This document shows positions 28,538 through 37,135 of a stretch of 64,000 bases of DNA, one piece after another; position 1 is the first letter of the stretch; every line of letters begins with the position of its first letter. The position numbers and the translations under genes are program-made. The notes below the pieces were generated by a model. It did no database searches. It saw only the letters and a program-made list of their open reading frames with translations, and had not been told where the DNA came from. The DNA comes from Candidatus Fermentibacteraceae bacterium (GTDB taxonomy: Bacteria; Fermentibacterota; Fermentibacteria; Fermentibacterales; JCC-6), in contig JBGSZS010000018.1 in NCBI GenBank assembly GCA_041750285.1, positions 64,048-128,047 on the forward strand, given 5' to 3'.

Positions 28538-29539
28538 ATGAAAAGATTCGTTATCCCCGCTCTTCTCGTGCTCGCGGCATTCTCGCTCGCGGCGGAGAGA
28601 ACAGTTCTCTGGGAGTACTTCACCCAGACTGGTTGAGGCACCTGCTACAGCAGCTGGTCAGCTGTTAAGTCCACGATTCAGCCCTTTGTCACCAGTGGAG
28701 ACGTCGCTCCCCTCTACATCTTCTACAACGGCCCCTACGCCAACGCATTCTGCTCAGGCAGGTTCAGCTTCTACGGTGTCACCGCCACACCCACGGTCAA
28801 GATCGACGGCCTTGCCGCCAGCTACACTCCAAGCGCATATCCCGCCGCGATAAACAGCCGTCTCGCCGTACCGAGCTATGTCAGCATCGACGCAAACATG
28901 GTCGGAGGCGCGTCGGGTGGCACCGGTTACTACAGCATAACCGCCGAGCAGGACCTGGGCGTCAGCGGCCAGATCAAGGTCTGGTCCGTTGTGATCCAGG
29001 ACAACTTCATCGCCGCCGGCAGCTGGGGCGGATACACCGGCATGGAGATGATGTGGATGCCGGTCGCCTTCCCTCTCGGCGCCGCCGGACAGGTCATCAG
29101 CTTCACCGGCCCCTACCCCCAGACCGTGCAAGTACAGGGCACCTACACGCTCAACCCCACGATCCACATCTTCAACAACCTCAAGGTCGTCACCTACGTC
29201 CAGCTCGGCAGCGGCACGCGTGAAGTTCTCAACGCCAACTACATTGACCTTCCCGACACCTCAACCGGCGTGTACGGCGAAGAGGCCGCACAGGTCGGCG
29301 AGTCCGCACAGCTGTTCGTCGGCCCCAACCCCTGCAGGGGTCAGTTCACCGTCTCGTCCGTTCTGCCCCAGGGCCAGACCGGAACCGTTTCGGTGTACGA
29401 CATCAGCGGAAGGGTCGTCCAGAGCTTCCCCGCGGGCGGAACCAGCAGCGCCGTCATCGAAGAGACGGGGCTTTACTTCGTACGCATGACCACCAGCACG
29501 GGTCTGGTCGAGAACCGTCAGATCGCAGTCGTAAGGTAG
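28538..29539 (+). CDS. candidate selenoprotein: secreted thioredoxin-fold protein with a U-G-T-C redox motif (in-frame TGA at 28634-28636 read as Sec) and a C-terminal T9SS/FlgD-like sorting domain (333 aa)
   Basis: The ATG at 28538 with a strong RBS encodes the signal peptide MKRFVIPALLVLAAFSLAAERTVLWEYFTQTG, followed by TGA, then GTCYSSWSAVKSTIQPFVTSGDVAPLYIFYNGPYANAFCSGRFSFYGVTATPTVKIDG.... This is colinear with thioredoxin (a beta1 strand, a [C/U]xxC motif, then a cis-Pro PT motif). No further stop occurs for 300 codons, and the frame runs into the listed ORF 28898..29539. The C-terminal QFTVSSVLPQGQTGTVSVYDISGRVVQSFPAGG...GLYFVRMTTSTGLVENRQIAVVR is a T9SS-type C-terminal domain. Confidence 0.55.
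28647..28668 (+). promoter_or_regulatory. bacterial SECIS-like hairpin 11-13 nt downstream of the in-frame UGA
   Basis: mRNA UGA-GGCACCUGCU-ACAGCAGCUGGUCAGCUGUU. A 7-bp stem (A16-U33 to U22-A27, numbered from the U of UGA) carries an apical loop GGUC with G24/U25. In the E. coli fdhF SECIS the apical loop is GGUC with G23/U24, 1 nt closer to the UGA than here. Confidence 0.45.
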
Positions 29540-29557
29540 GTCTGGATTTCTGTGCCA

Positions 29558-29586
29558 GGGGGCGTCATCCGGCGCCCCCTTTCCCT
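29558..29586 (+). terminator. Rho-independent terminator-like hairpin between the convergent genes
   Basis: gggggcg-tcatccgg-cgccccc followed by tttccct. It lies between the end of the plus-strand gene (29539) and the end of the minus-strand maf (29585). Confidence 0.45.
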
Positions 29587-30163
29587 ATGTGCGCATTTCC
29601 CTGAGGTGGGTGACGACATCTGTGAGGGGCAGCCCCACAACGTTGAACCAGCAGCCCCGTATCTCGCTTACGAAAAGGCCGCCCAGCCCCTGGGCGCCGT
29701 AGGCGCCGGCCTTGTCCAGGGGTTCGCCGGTCTCGATGTAGGCGCTGATCTCACGGGCTGAGAGGTCCCTGAACAGCACGCGGGTCTCACGGTGGAACAG
29801 TCTTCTCTCGTTTCCAATGACGATGCAGACCCCCCCGAACACCGAGTGCCATCTGCCCGACATCGAGCGGAGCATCTCCCCCGCTTCGGCCTTGTCACAG
29901 GGTTTCCCCAGGGGTTCACCGTCGAGGAAGACCATGGTGTCTGCTCCAAGCACCGGATTACGGGGGTACCCGGGCGCCACGGCCAAAGCCTTGCGGGATG
30001 CCCATCCCATGACAACCTGCTCGGGAGGTCCCGCGAAGCCGGTTTCGGAAACCCCCGAGGGGTGCACGATGAGTGGTATGCCGATGCCTTCCAGAAGAGC
30101 CTTCCTGCGGGGGGAGATGCTTGCCAGGACAAGCGGCGCGTCGTGGGTGTACCAGGGGTTCAA
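29585..30163 (-). CDS. maf: Maf-like nucleoside triphosphate pyrophosphatase (septum formation protein)
   Basis: LVLASISPRRKALLEGIGIP is a Maf N-terminus. The TTG start overlaps the dtd stop in a TTGA junction. The long-ORF extension is junk. Confidence 0.75.
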   Translation of the reverse strand: MNPWYTHDAPLVLASISPRRKALLEGIGIPLIVHPSGVSETGFAGPPEQVVMGWASRKALAVAPGYPRNPVLGADTMVFLDGEPLGKPCDKAEAGEMLRSMSGRWHSVFGGVCIVIGNERRLFHRETRVLFRDLSAREISAYIETGEPLDKAGAYGAQGLGGLFVSEIRGCWFNVVGLPLTDVVTHLREMRT

Positions 30164-30612
30164 GCGCGCTCCGATGGGGAATCGACCATGATCGTCACGG
30201 GGCCGTCGTTCACCAGGCTCACTTCCATGTGGGCGCCGAACACGCCTTCGCATACCCCGACGCCGGCTTCCCTGAGCTTCTGAATGAAGACCCGGTAGAG
30301 CATCTCCGCGGTTTCGGGGGGGGCGGCCCGAATGAAGCTGGGTCTTTTACCCTTCCTGGTGTCGGCGTGGAGGGTGAACTGGCTGACCACGAGCATCCCG
30401 CCGCCGGTTTCGGTCAGTGAACGGTTCATCAGCCCCGCGTCGTCGGGGAAGACGCGAAGTCCGGTCAGCTTTTCCCGCATCCAGTCGAGGTCTGCGGGAG
30501 TGTCATCCGGGCTGAAGCTCACAAGGGCCAGAAGCCCCCCTGCAATCGACGACACCGCGGTGCCGGACACCGACACGGCGGCGGAACTGACGCGCTGAAC
30601 AAGGGCCTTCAT
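30160..30612 (-). CDS. dtd: D-aminoacyl-tRNA deacylase
   Basis: MKALVQRVSSAAVSV...GGLLALVSFSPDDT...SQFTL is a classic Dtd. The start is trimmed to the internal ATG at 30610-30612. Confidence 0.85.
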   Translation of the reverse strand: MKALVQRVSSAAVSVSGTAVSSIAGGLLALVSFSPDDTPADLDWMREKLTGLRVFPDDAGLMNRSLTETGGGMLVVSQFTLHADTRKGKRPSFIRAAPPETAEMLYRVFIQKLREAGVGVCEGVFGAHMEVSLVNDGPVTIMVDSPSERA

Positions 30613-31064
30613 TCCGGAAGGTCCTCCTTCAATGCGAAGACGAGGCCTGGGAAGGCTGCGACGACGATTCCCGCAAGGGTTCCAAGCCCGAGCGGGATGC
30701 CGAAGAGCTGCAGGACCCTGCCCGCACGGAAAACACCGGTGCGCCTTCCGTGAAGAACGCGCATGACGCTTCCCGCGGCGAGGAGTGCGACCCCCGCCCA
30801 CCTCAGCGGAAGCAGGCCGCCGAAGACCGTCATCCTGAGAAGGAATGAATCGATGGTGCTGACGAGGAGCACGGCGTACATGGCGGTGCGGTCGGCTCCG
30901 TCCTCGCGTGAACCCGAGGCCGACCAGAAAAGGTACACGAGCACCACAGCAAGGCTTGCCTGGAAATCACCGCTTCGCCAGGGCAGGACCGAAAGGTCCA
31001 CCAGTCCCGTTGCGGCCAGCACGGCCAGCACGGCCAGAGGCACGAGGTATCGAACAGGCTTCAT
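30609..31064 (-). CDS. small multi-pass membrane protein, hypothetical
   Basis: Four hydrophobic segments. The start is trimmed to MKPVRYLVPLAVLAVLA. It overlaps the dtd start by 4 nt. Confidence 0.4.
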   Translation of the reverse strand: MKPVRYLVPLAVLAVLAATGLVDLSVLPWRSGDFQASLAVVLVYLFWSASGSREDGADRTAMYAVLLVSTIDSFLLRMTVFGGLLPLRWAGVALLAAGSVMRVLHGRRTGVFRAGRVLQLFGIPLGLGTLAGIVVAAFPGLVFALKEDLPE

Positions 31065-31105
31065 TGAAACCCCTTCTTCCGTGTGATCCCCCTGCACGGG
31101 GGCCG

Positions 31106-32968
31106 TCAGCGGACGATGGCCAGGCCGAGCCTGTGCGCAGAGCCGCCCACGGTGAGCACCACCATGTAAACACCTGAAGCCACGGGCTGCCCGGACATGT
31201 CACGGCAGTCCCAGAAGAACGATTCGCCATCGATGGGAGCCCTGTAGGTTCCCGCGGACAGACCGCTTCTGTTCTGGGTGTGAACGGGAACGCCGTCGAG
31301 AGTAAACACGGCCAGGGAAACGTCGGACGGCCCCTTTTCAACGTCGAAGCCGACGTGGACGAACCCCGAGGCCGGATTGGGAAAGACCGAGGGCGCAAGG
31401 CCCGAGGGTCCGGCAGGGTCCACGAAAAGGCAGACCTCGGTGCCGCTTTGACCCAGAACGCCCTGAACCGTCATGGGATGCCCCCACTGACCCGGCGCGC
31501 CCGTCACCGTGAATTCGCCGAAAAAGCCGGGTTCGGAAGCGAACCAGCCCATGCCGTTGGTCACCGCTTCCGTCATGGTCTGGCCGTTTTCGATCTCGAC
31601 GGTGTAGCCGGTCAGTGCTTCGCCAGTATCGGACCTTCTGACCCTGCCCGTGACCGACCGGTGCATCATCGCTGCGGTGGCGTCGATCACACCCCACCCG
31701 TAACCGTTGTCGGGTGAGGTGCTCTGTGTGGACGTGGCCTTCAGGGCTTCGGAAATCCGCATCATGGACCATTCGGGGTGGGCCTGGCTTATCGCCGCGA
31801 ACGCCGATGACACGATCGGGGTTGCGAAGGAAGTGCCATTGCCCGAGGAGTACCCGCCGGAAAGGTTTGCGAAAACGGTCATCTCACCCCTGGCGCAGGC
31901 ATCGGGTTTCATGCGGCCGTCTGCAGTGGGGCCGCGGCTGGAGTACGCCGAAAGTGTGCCGAGGCTGTTCACCGAACCCACCGCAAACACCGAGTCTCCG
32001 TCGGAGGGGGCGACGAGGGTGGTGTCTTCCGGGCCGTTGTTGCCCACTGCGTTCACCACGATCAGCCCCCGCGATGCCGCGATGTCGGCCGCCACGGTTG
32101 TCACAGCGGTGTTGCCGTCAAGCTGCCAGGGCTCGTACCAGTCGATGTAGCCCAGGCTGCTGCTTACGATTTCAGCGCCGTTCTGTTCGCACCACTCAAG
32201 CCCGAAGACCCAGAAGTCCTCCTCCTGCTGGTACTCGTCGCCGGTGTCTTCCGTGCGCGCCAGAAGGAAGGAGGCGTCGGGCGCCCCGCCCACGTAAAGC
32301 CCAGGGCTGTCGCCGGCGATGATCGAGAATACAGCGGTTCCATGGATGCCCGTGGTCTCGGAGTCGCCCTCTTCGTAGCCGACATACCCGTCGCCGCCGA
32401 CGAAATCCCACGTTCCGAGGACCTGGGCGCCGGCGAAGCAGTCGTGGCCGAGTTCGAAACCCGAGTCCAGAACACCCATCACAGTCCCGCCCCCCGTGAA
32501 CCCCCTCTCGTGAAGCCCCGTGATGCCGGCCTGCTGAAGCTGCCCGAGTGACAGGCCATGGGGGTCGGGCTCGCCGGAGAACTGGGACGGGGTGTACACG
32601 GAACGCGCCACGGGCCGCACCGAGGCGACGAAGGGAAGGGCACGCACGGCCGCGAGCGCCCGGTCGTCGAGAACCACGCTGCACGCGTTGAGGTAGCGGG
32701 AAACACCCGCTACCGGGGCAAGGGCCTCGGCTGCAACCGTTTCGGTGTATACGTGAAAGGGTTCGAGATCGTAGACATCGGCCTGCAGGGCACCCACGGA
32801 AGCCCTTCTTGATGCCGAGGGGCCCTGTGCGATGAGGTCTGACGCGGCTTCCAGCCGGTGCCCGACCATGGGGCCGCGGTCGGAGAAGAAGACCCAGTAG
32901 CGCACCGGGGTGCTTCCCGGCGATGCGACCGGGAGAAGGAGCACAAGAGCCGTTGCCAGGAGCTTCAC
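31106..32968 (-). CDS. secreted subtilisin-family (S8) serine peptidase with a T9SS/FlgD-like C-terminal sorting domain
   Basis: Catalytic triad contexts VLDSGF (Asp), HGTAVFSIIAG (His) and GTSFATPIVSS (Ser). The C-terminus GVYMVVLTVGGSAHRLGLAIVR is a T9SS-type C-terminal domain. The GTG start at 32966-32968 gives the signal peptide VKLLATALVLLLPVASP. Confidence 0.8.
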   Translation of the reverse strand: MKLLATALVLLLPVASPGSTPVRYWVFFSDRGPMVGHRLEAASDLIAQGPSASRRASVGALQADVYDLEPFHVYTETVAAEALAPVAGVSRYLNACSVVLDDRALAAVRALPFVASVRPVARSVYTPSQFSGEPDPHGLSLGQLQQAGITGLHERGFTGGGTVMGVLDSGFELGHDCFAGAQVLGTWDFVGGDGYVGYEEGDSETTGIHGTAVFSIIAGDSPGLYVGGAPDASFLLARTEDTGDEYQQEEDFWVFGLEWCEQNGAEIVSSSLGYIDWYEPWQLDGNTAVTTVAADIAASRGLIVVNAVGNNGPEDTTLVAPSDGDSVFAVGSVNSLGTLSAYSSRGPTADGRMKPDACARGEMTVFANLSGGYSSGNGTSFATPIVSSAFAAISQAHPEWSMMRISEALKATSTQSTSPDNGYGWGVIDATAAMMHRSVTGRVRRSDTGEALTGYTVEIENGQTMTEAVTNGMGWFASEPGFFGEFTVTGAPGQWGHPMTVQGVLGQSGTEVCLFVDPAGPSGLAPSVFPNPASGFVHVGFDVEKGPSDVSLAVFTLDGVPVHTQNRSGLSAGTYRAPIDGESFFWDCRDMSGQPVASGVYMVVLTVGGSAHRLGLAIVR

Positions 32969-32987
32969 GGGGTGCGGGGCTGCCCCG

Positions 32988-33551
32988 TCAGATCTCGGAC
33001 TCGTCGAACCACTGCCAGATGTACCATTCGCCGTCTTCATCGGGCCTGCAGATGAACTGGGCGCTTCCCGAAGCCCTGTATCCCGTCACGCCGCCGGAAC
33101 CGCCGATGCTGGTGTAGACCTTGAGGTCGAACGTTCGGGGAAGACAGTAGCTTATGCCGGAAGGGTCACCCATCCAGGGGTACTCCTGGGTGCCCGTGAA
33201 GGTGAGCTCTATGAGCTCGACACCGTTGAACATGGCCTGGTGGAACTCGTCTTCCTTGTCGAGCCCCCAGTAAGTGTCGATTATGCCGTCGCCGTTGTAG
33301 TCATCCCAGTCCTGCTCGAGGAGGTGGAACTCGAAGTCGTCGCGGAAGCACTGCATGTAATGGTCGTGGTCGCGGTTGACGTAGGCCATCTGAAGGTTTG
33401 CGAGAACCTTCCAGGCGCTGTCGGCCGGGCTGTAGAAAAGGGGCGGTTCGGTTGGGTCGGGGTCGGCATCGGGGCTGAAAAGACAGCCCGTGAGCGCGAG
33501 AAAAGCTGATATCGTTATCAGCAGGGGTTTTACCGATGCTCCTGTCTTCAC
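32988..33551 (-). CDS. hypothetical lipoprotein
   Basis: MKTGASVKPLLITISAFLALTGC lipobox. The body is acidic and Trp/Tyr-rich. Confidence 0.5.
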   Translation of the reverse strand: MKTGASVKPLLITISAFLALTGCLFSPDADPDPTEPPLFYSPADSAWKVLANLQMAYVNRDHDHYMQCFRDDFEFHLLEQDWDDYNGDGIIDTYWGLDKEDEFHQAMFNGVELIELTFTGTQEYPWMGDPSGISYCLPRTFDLKVYTSIGGSGGVTGYRASGSAQFICRPDEDGEWYIWQWFDESEI

Positions 33552-33716
33552 GTTGGCATCCTTTCATAAAACGGCACGATCCATCGGAAAGATTGCGAGA
33601 AACCGGTCTGCCGTCAACCCGTATGGTCCGTGGAATGAGCTTCGCGGCGGCGGTGTACAACGGTTGAGGCCGTTGACTTGCACGGGCCTTCATTGCAGTT
33701 TACCGCGTGAAGGGAA

Positions 33717-34988
33717 TTGCTGTCAGGAGGGATTTTGCTTCAGTTCCTCGCCCTGCTTCTACTGTCCAGCCCCGCGGGTTCATCCGTGGACGATGCCATT
33801 TCACTGTACGAAATGGGGGACATACCGGGCGCCATCCTTCAGCTGGAAGACCTCCTGAAAAACGGCACGCTCTCCACCGACGAGGAACTCAGGGCGTGGA
33901 ACCGCCTGGGCAGCGCCTACTACGCCATGGGCAACATCGACAACGCCCGCTACGCCTACTCGCGGCTGCTCGTGCTCGATGTCTACTACGACCTCGGCCC
34001 CAGGGCCAATCCCAGACTGAGGGAACTCCTTGCACAGGTCCGTGACAGCACCATCGCAACGGCAATGGTCCGCAGCGAACCCGGAGGCGCCCTGGTTACG
34101 CTCAACGACGACCTGATGGGGGTGACACCCCTTCTGATCGAGGGCCTGGTCGGCGGCAGGAGCTACAACATAAGCGTGTACCAGGTCGGCTTCGAAACGG
34201 AGAGTTACGTCCTCACCGCCCAGCCCGGTTTCAGCCACATGCTGGATTTCGCGCTCGAAGCCCCCTCGACCACGATGATGGCCTCGGCATCCGACACCGT
34301 CGGTTCGCAGGAAGGCGGCACGGTGCTCGTCGCGGGCGGGAGCACCCAGACGAACCCCCAGGTTTCCGGCCAGGGTACGGTGTCAAGCGAAGCAACCCAA
34401 ACCGCAGCCTCCGCCGGAGGTTCGGCCACGGCGCCCAGATCGACAGAAGAGCTGATCGCCGCCCTTACGCAGAGCGGCCACGGGATAGACATGACCACCA
34501 TCGCGGGCTCCGGTTCGCTTCAAAGCGAGAATTCCCAGCAGGAAACCGTTTATGCCGGTTCTTCCGGCTCTTCCTCCCTGATCGGGCTTGCAGAAAGCGG
34601 CCTGCCCGTACGCGCCGAACAGACGGTCGGTCATGTGATGGTCTTCTCCGACGTCGGACAGCAGACCGTCGAATCGGCCACCCAGGGAGGCGGGTACTCG
34701 TCCAGGTCCGGCGACGAAATCATGGAGGTCCTTGCCACGAAGCAGGACCAGATCCGCTACATCTTCAACAAGCACCTTCGCACGGATCCGCTGCTTTCGG
34801 GCACCGTCGAGGTGGAAATGCTCATCCAGCCCAGCGGCAGGGTCACCGATGTCGCCATCCTCAACTCTACCATGTACAACCAGGCCTTCGAACTCGAACT
34901 GACGCGGGCCATAGGCACCTGGCGCTTCGGCAGCGTCGACGAGAACGAGGGTCCCCTTGTTCTGCAGTTCCCCTTCAATTTTCAGTAG
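33717..34988 (+). CDS. exported TPR/PEGA-domain protein with a Ser/Thr/Gly-rich linker and a TonB-like C-terminal domain
   Basis: Signal peptide. TPR-like YAMGNIDNARYAYSRLL. PEGA-like VTLNDDLMGVTPL. The C-terminal IRYIFNKHL...GTVEVEMLIQPSGRVTDVAILNS...TWRF resembles TonB_C. Confidence 0.55.
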   Translation: MLSGGILLQFLALLLLSSPAGSSVDDAISLYEMGDIPGAILQLEDLLKNGTLSTDEELRAWNRLGSAYYAMGNIDNARYAYSRLLVLDVYYDLGPRANPRLRELLAQVRDSTIATAMVRSEPGGALVTLNDDLMGVTPLLIEGLVGGRSYNISVYQVGFETESYVLTAQPGFSHMLDFALEAPSTTMMASASDTVGSQEGGTVLVAGGSTQTNPQVSGQGTVSSEATQTAASAGGSATAPRSTEELIAALTQSGHGIDMTTIAGSGSLQSENSQQETVYAGSSGSSSLIGLAESGLPVRAEQTVGHVMVFSDVGQQTVESATQGGGYSSRSGDEIMEVLATKQDQIRYIFNKHLRTDPLLSGTVEVEMLIQPSGRVTDVAILNSTMYNQAFELELTRAIGTWRFGSVDENEGPLVLQFPFNFQ

Positions 34989-35038
34989 TCAGGGCTCAGT
35001 CCCTTTGCACGGTTCGGCACTCCGGGGAGGAGATTTGA

Positions 35039-35641
35039 ATGAGTGAGACGGTTCAGGATATCCTGCGAACGTGCGATGCCCTTCTCGAAGGGCATTTTCG
35101 GTATACATCGGGCAGGCACGGCAGGGTCTACTTCGAGAAGATAAGGATCGCGGCGCGGCCCGACCTGGTCATGGAACTTGGAAAGATGACGGCGGAGCTG
35201 TGGCGCGGCGACAGATTCGACCTTGTCTGCGCCCCGGCCTTCGGAGCCATAGTGTTCGGTTTTGCAACGGCCCACTGCGCGGGAAGGTCGTTCGCGTTCC
35301 TTCAGCGTGACCCGGCGGGCGGCATGACCGTGAGGCCCGGTTTCCAGTCGCTCGTGGAAGGCTCGAGGGTCCTTCTTGTCGAGGACGTGGTGACCACCGG
35401 GGGCAGCGTCATGGAATCCATCGAGGCACTCGAAAATGCGGGAGCCACCGTCATGGGGGTTTCCCTGCTCGTCGACCGCACCGGCGGCGCCTTCAACCCG
35501 GGCGTTCCGTGCAGGTCGCTCCTTTCGGTCAGCGCGGAGAGCTGGCCTCCCGAGGAGTGTCCGATGTGCGCGGCGGGGATCCCGGTGGCGGTTCCGGGGT
35601 CGTCGGGAAAGCCCCAGGGCTCTCCGCGGGGTTCTGATTGA
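35039..35641 (+). CDS. pyrE: orotate phosphoribosyltransferase
   Basis: PRTase motif VLLVEDVVTTGGS and a C-terminal ECPMCAAGIPVAVPGS. Confidence 0.8.
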   Translation: MSETVQDILRTCDALLEGHFRYTSGRHGRVYFEKIRIAARPDLVMELGKMTAELWRGDRFDLVCAPAFGAIVFGFATAHCAGRSFAFLQRDPAGGMTVRPGFQSLVEGSRVLLVEDVVTTGGSVMESIEALENAGATVMGVSLLVDRTGGAFNPGVPCRSLLSVSAESWPPEECPMCAAGIPVAVPGSSGKPQGSPRGSD

Positions 35642-36488
35642 AGAAACGGCTTAACTGAGTGTAGAGCTCGGGCGCTCTTTCCCTCATCTGAAGCGGCTTC
35701 TCGAAGAAGTACTCGACCGCGCAGGCAAAGAACTCGGCGGGATTGGTTCCGGCGTAGTTCCTCAGGAAAGACCTTCCGCGGTGAACCTTCTCGAACTCCC
35801 TCTGCATGACGGTCACCCAGGGCCTGTACGAGCCGAGGTCGAGCTCTCCTGGCACACCGTCGGGTCTTGCGCCGTCCAGAACGTGGGCGAACTCGTGATA
35901 ACCCACGTTGAAACCGTCGTTGTCGGCTTCGAAACCCCTCAAGAGGTGGGGAAGCGACAGGATGACGCCGCCCTGAGAGTGCATCATGCCCGCCGCCTGC
36001 GCATCGGCGGCATTCACCGAATAGTTGCCGTCAGCGGTGAAGGCTCCGGGGTAGACCAGTATCTCCCCGAAATCGTGAAACTCCCAGGCGGGGCGGCGGA
36101 AAACAAGCCTGATCGCCGTGGCCGCCACCAGCACCCTGATCGCCGGCGTCACGGTGACACCGGCAACCCCGGTGATCCTGTGTTCGCGCAGGAAGACGGC
36201 GGTCTGGGTCTCGTAGTCGGCCTTGTCGGCTGGAGAAAGGGCCTTGTAGAAGGAAACCTTCTCCGAAAGGACCTTCCTGAGTTCAGGATCGAGCCCCGCG
36301 GCCATGATGGCCCGGCGGATCCCGTACTTCCGTAGGAAGAGGAGGAACCAGACCGCACCGGCCCCCCAGATGACCGGAATCAGCCAGAGCACCGCACCCC
36401 TGGAAAGGGGCGGAAGCGAAAGGAGAAGGCAGAGCCCGGCCGTTGCCAGAGCCCTGCCTTGAATACGTTTCCGGGGAAAGACCTGCAC
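35529..36488 (-). CDS. membrane-anchored MtfA/peptidase-M90-like zinc protein (DUF980)
   Basis: GYHEFAHVLD HExxH, YRPWVTVMQREF and NPAEFFACAVEYFF. Two N-terminal TM helices. Its 3' end overlaps the pyrE 3' end by 112 bp. Confidence 0.55.
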   Translation of the reverse strand: MQVFPRKRIQGRALATAGLCLLLSLPPLSRGAVLWLIPVIWGAGAVWFLLFLRKYGIRRAIMAAGLDPELRKVLSEKVSFYKALSPADKADYETQTAVFLREHRITGVAGVTVTPAIRVLVAATAIRLVFRRPAWEFHDFGEILVYPGAFTADGNYSVNAADAQAAGMMHSQGGVILSLPHLLRGFEADNDGFNVGYHEFAHVLDGARPDGVPGELDLGSYRPWVTVMQREFEKVHRGRSFLRNYAGTNPAEFFACAVEYFFEKPLQMRERAPELYTQLSRFFNQNPAESPGAFPTTPEPPPGSPPRTSDTPREASSPR

Positions 36489-36491
36489 GGG

Positions 36492-37055
36492 TTAACCGTT
36501 CACGAAGGTCCGTTCCACCATTATCCGCTTGATCTCGGCCTTGAAGATTTCACGATCGACGAGCTCGCTTTTAAGCTCGCCCTTGGCCTCCCTGAGCTGG
36601 CGTCTCTCGAGTTTGAAGGTCCTGAACGCCTTGCGGTAAGAGTCACGGGCGGCGTTGATCTGCTCGGGGTCGGCCTTCTCGTCCCTGGTGAGGTTGTCCA
36701 GGGCTTCACGGGCCTTCTGAAAGGCCTCGCGGGCGGCTTCGGCTTCGCGGGTCTCGTCCTGAACCTCGGCCTTGAACTGGGCGATCTCGGTTTCGCTGAA
36801 CTTCATCTCGGACTGGATGCGGGTTTCAAGATCGTTGAGGATCGGGGCGATGTACTCCCTGAGGTCGTTGACGTATTCGGCGTAACGGGCCACCGTTTCG
36901 GTGAGCTTCCGGCTGCGGCGGGTGTTCCTGAGGTCGTGAAGCCTTTCCTGCCACAGATGAAGCTGTGTGAGGCTTCTGCTGAGTTCACCCCTCAGGGCGT
37001 TCTTCATGTGAATATCCGTCTTGAGACGGCGCTCCTCGGCGGTGCGGTTGTTCAT
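36492..37055 (-). CDS. coiled-coil hypothetical protein
   Basis: Start trimmed to MNNRTAEERRLK, with an AGGA RBS upstream. The whole protein is predicted helical and charged. I recognised no family. Confidence 0.4.
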   Translation of the reverse strand: MNNRTAEERRLKTDIHMKNALRGELSRSLTQLHLWQERLHDLRNTRRSRKLTETVARYAEYVNDLREYIAPILNDLETRIQSEMKFSETEIAQFKAEVQDETREAEAAREAFQKAREALDNLTRDEKADPEQINAARDSYRKAFRTFKLERRQLREAKGELKSELVDREIFKAEIKRIMVERTFVNG

Positions 37056-37135
37056 TCCATCCTCTTTCCGGCACTTTTTCGCTGTAGTTTTCGCGGGAAC
37101 AGACCGGCGGTTTATGTGAAGCCCGAAGCCATCTG

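Noticed and set aside
30609-31097. Calling the 162-aa membrane ORF an isoprenylcysteine carboxyl methyltransferase
   Set aside because: Only the hydrophobic topology suggested it. The C-terminal RHPxY/EE ICMT motifs are absent, so it stays as a hypothetical membrane protein.
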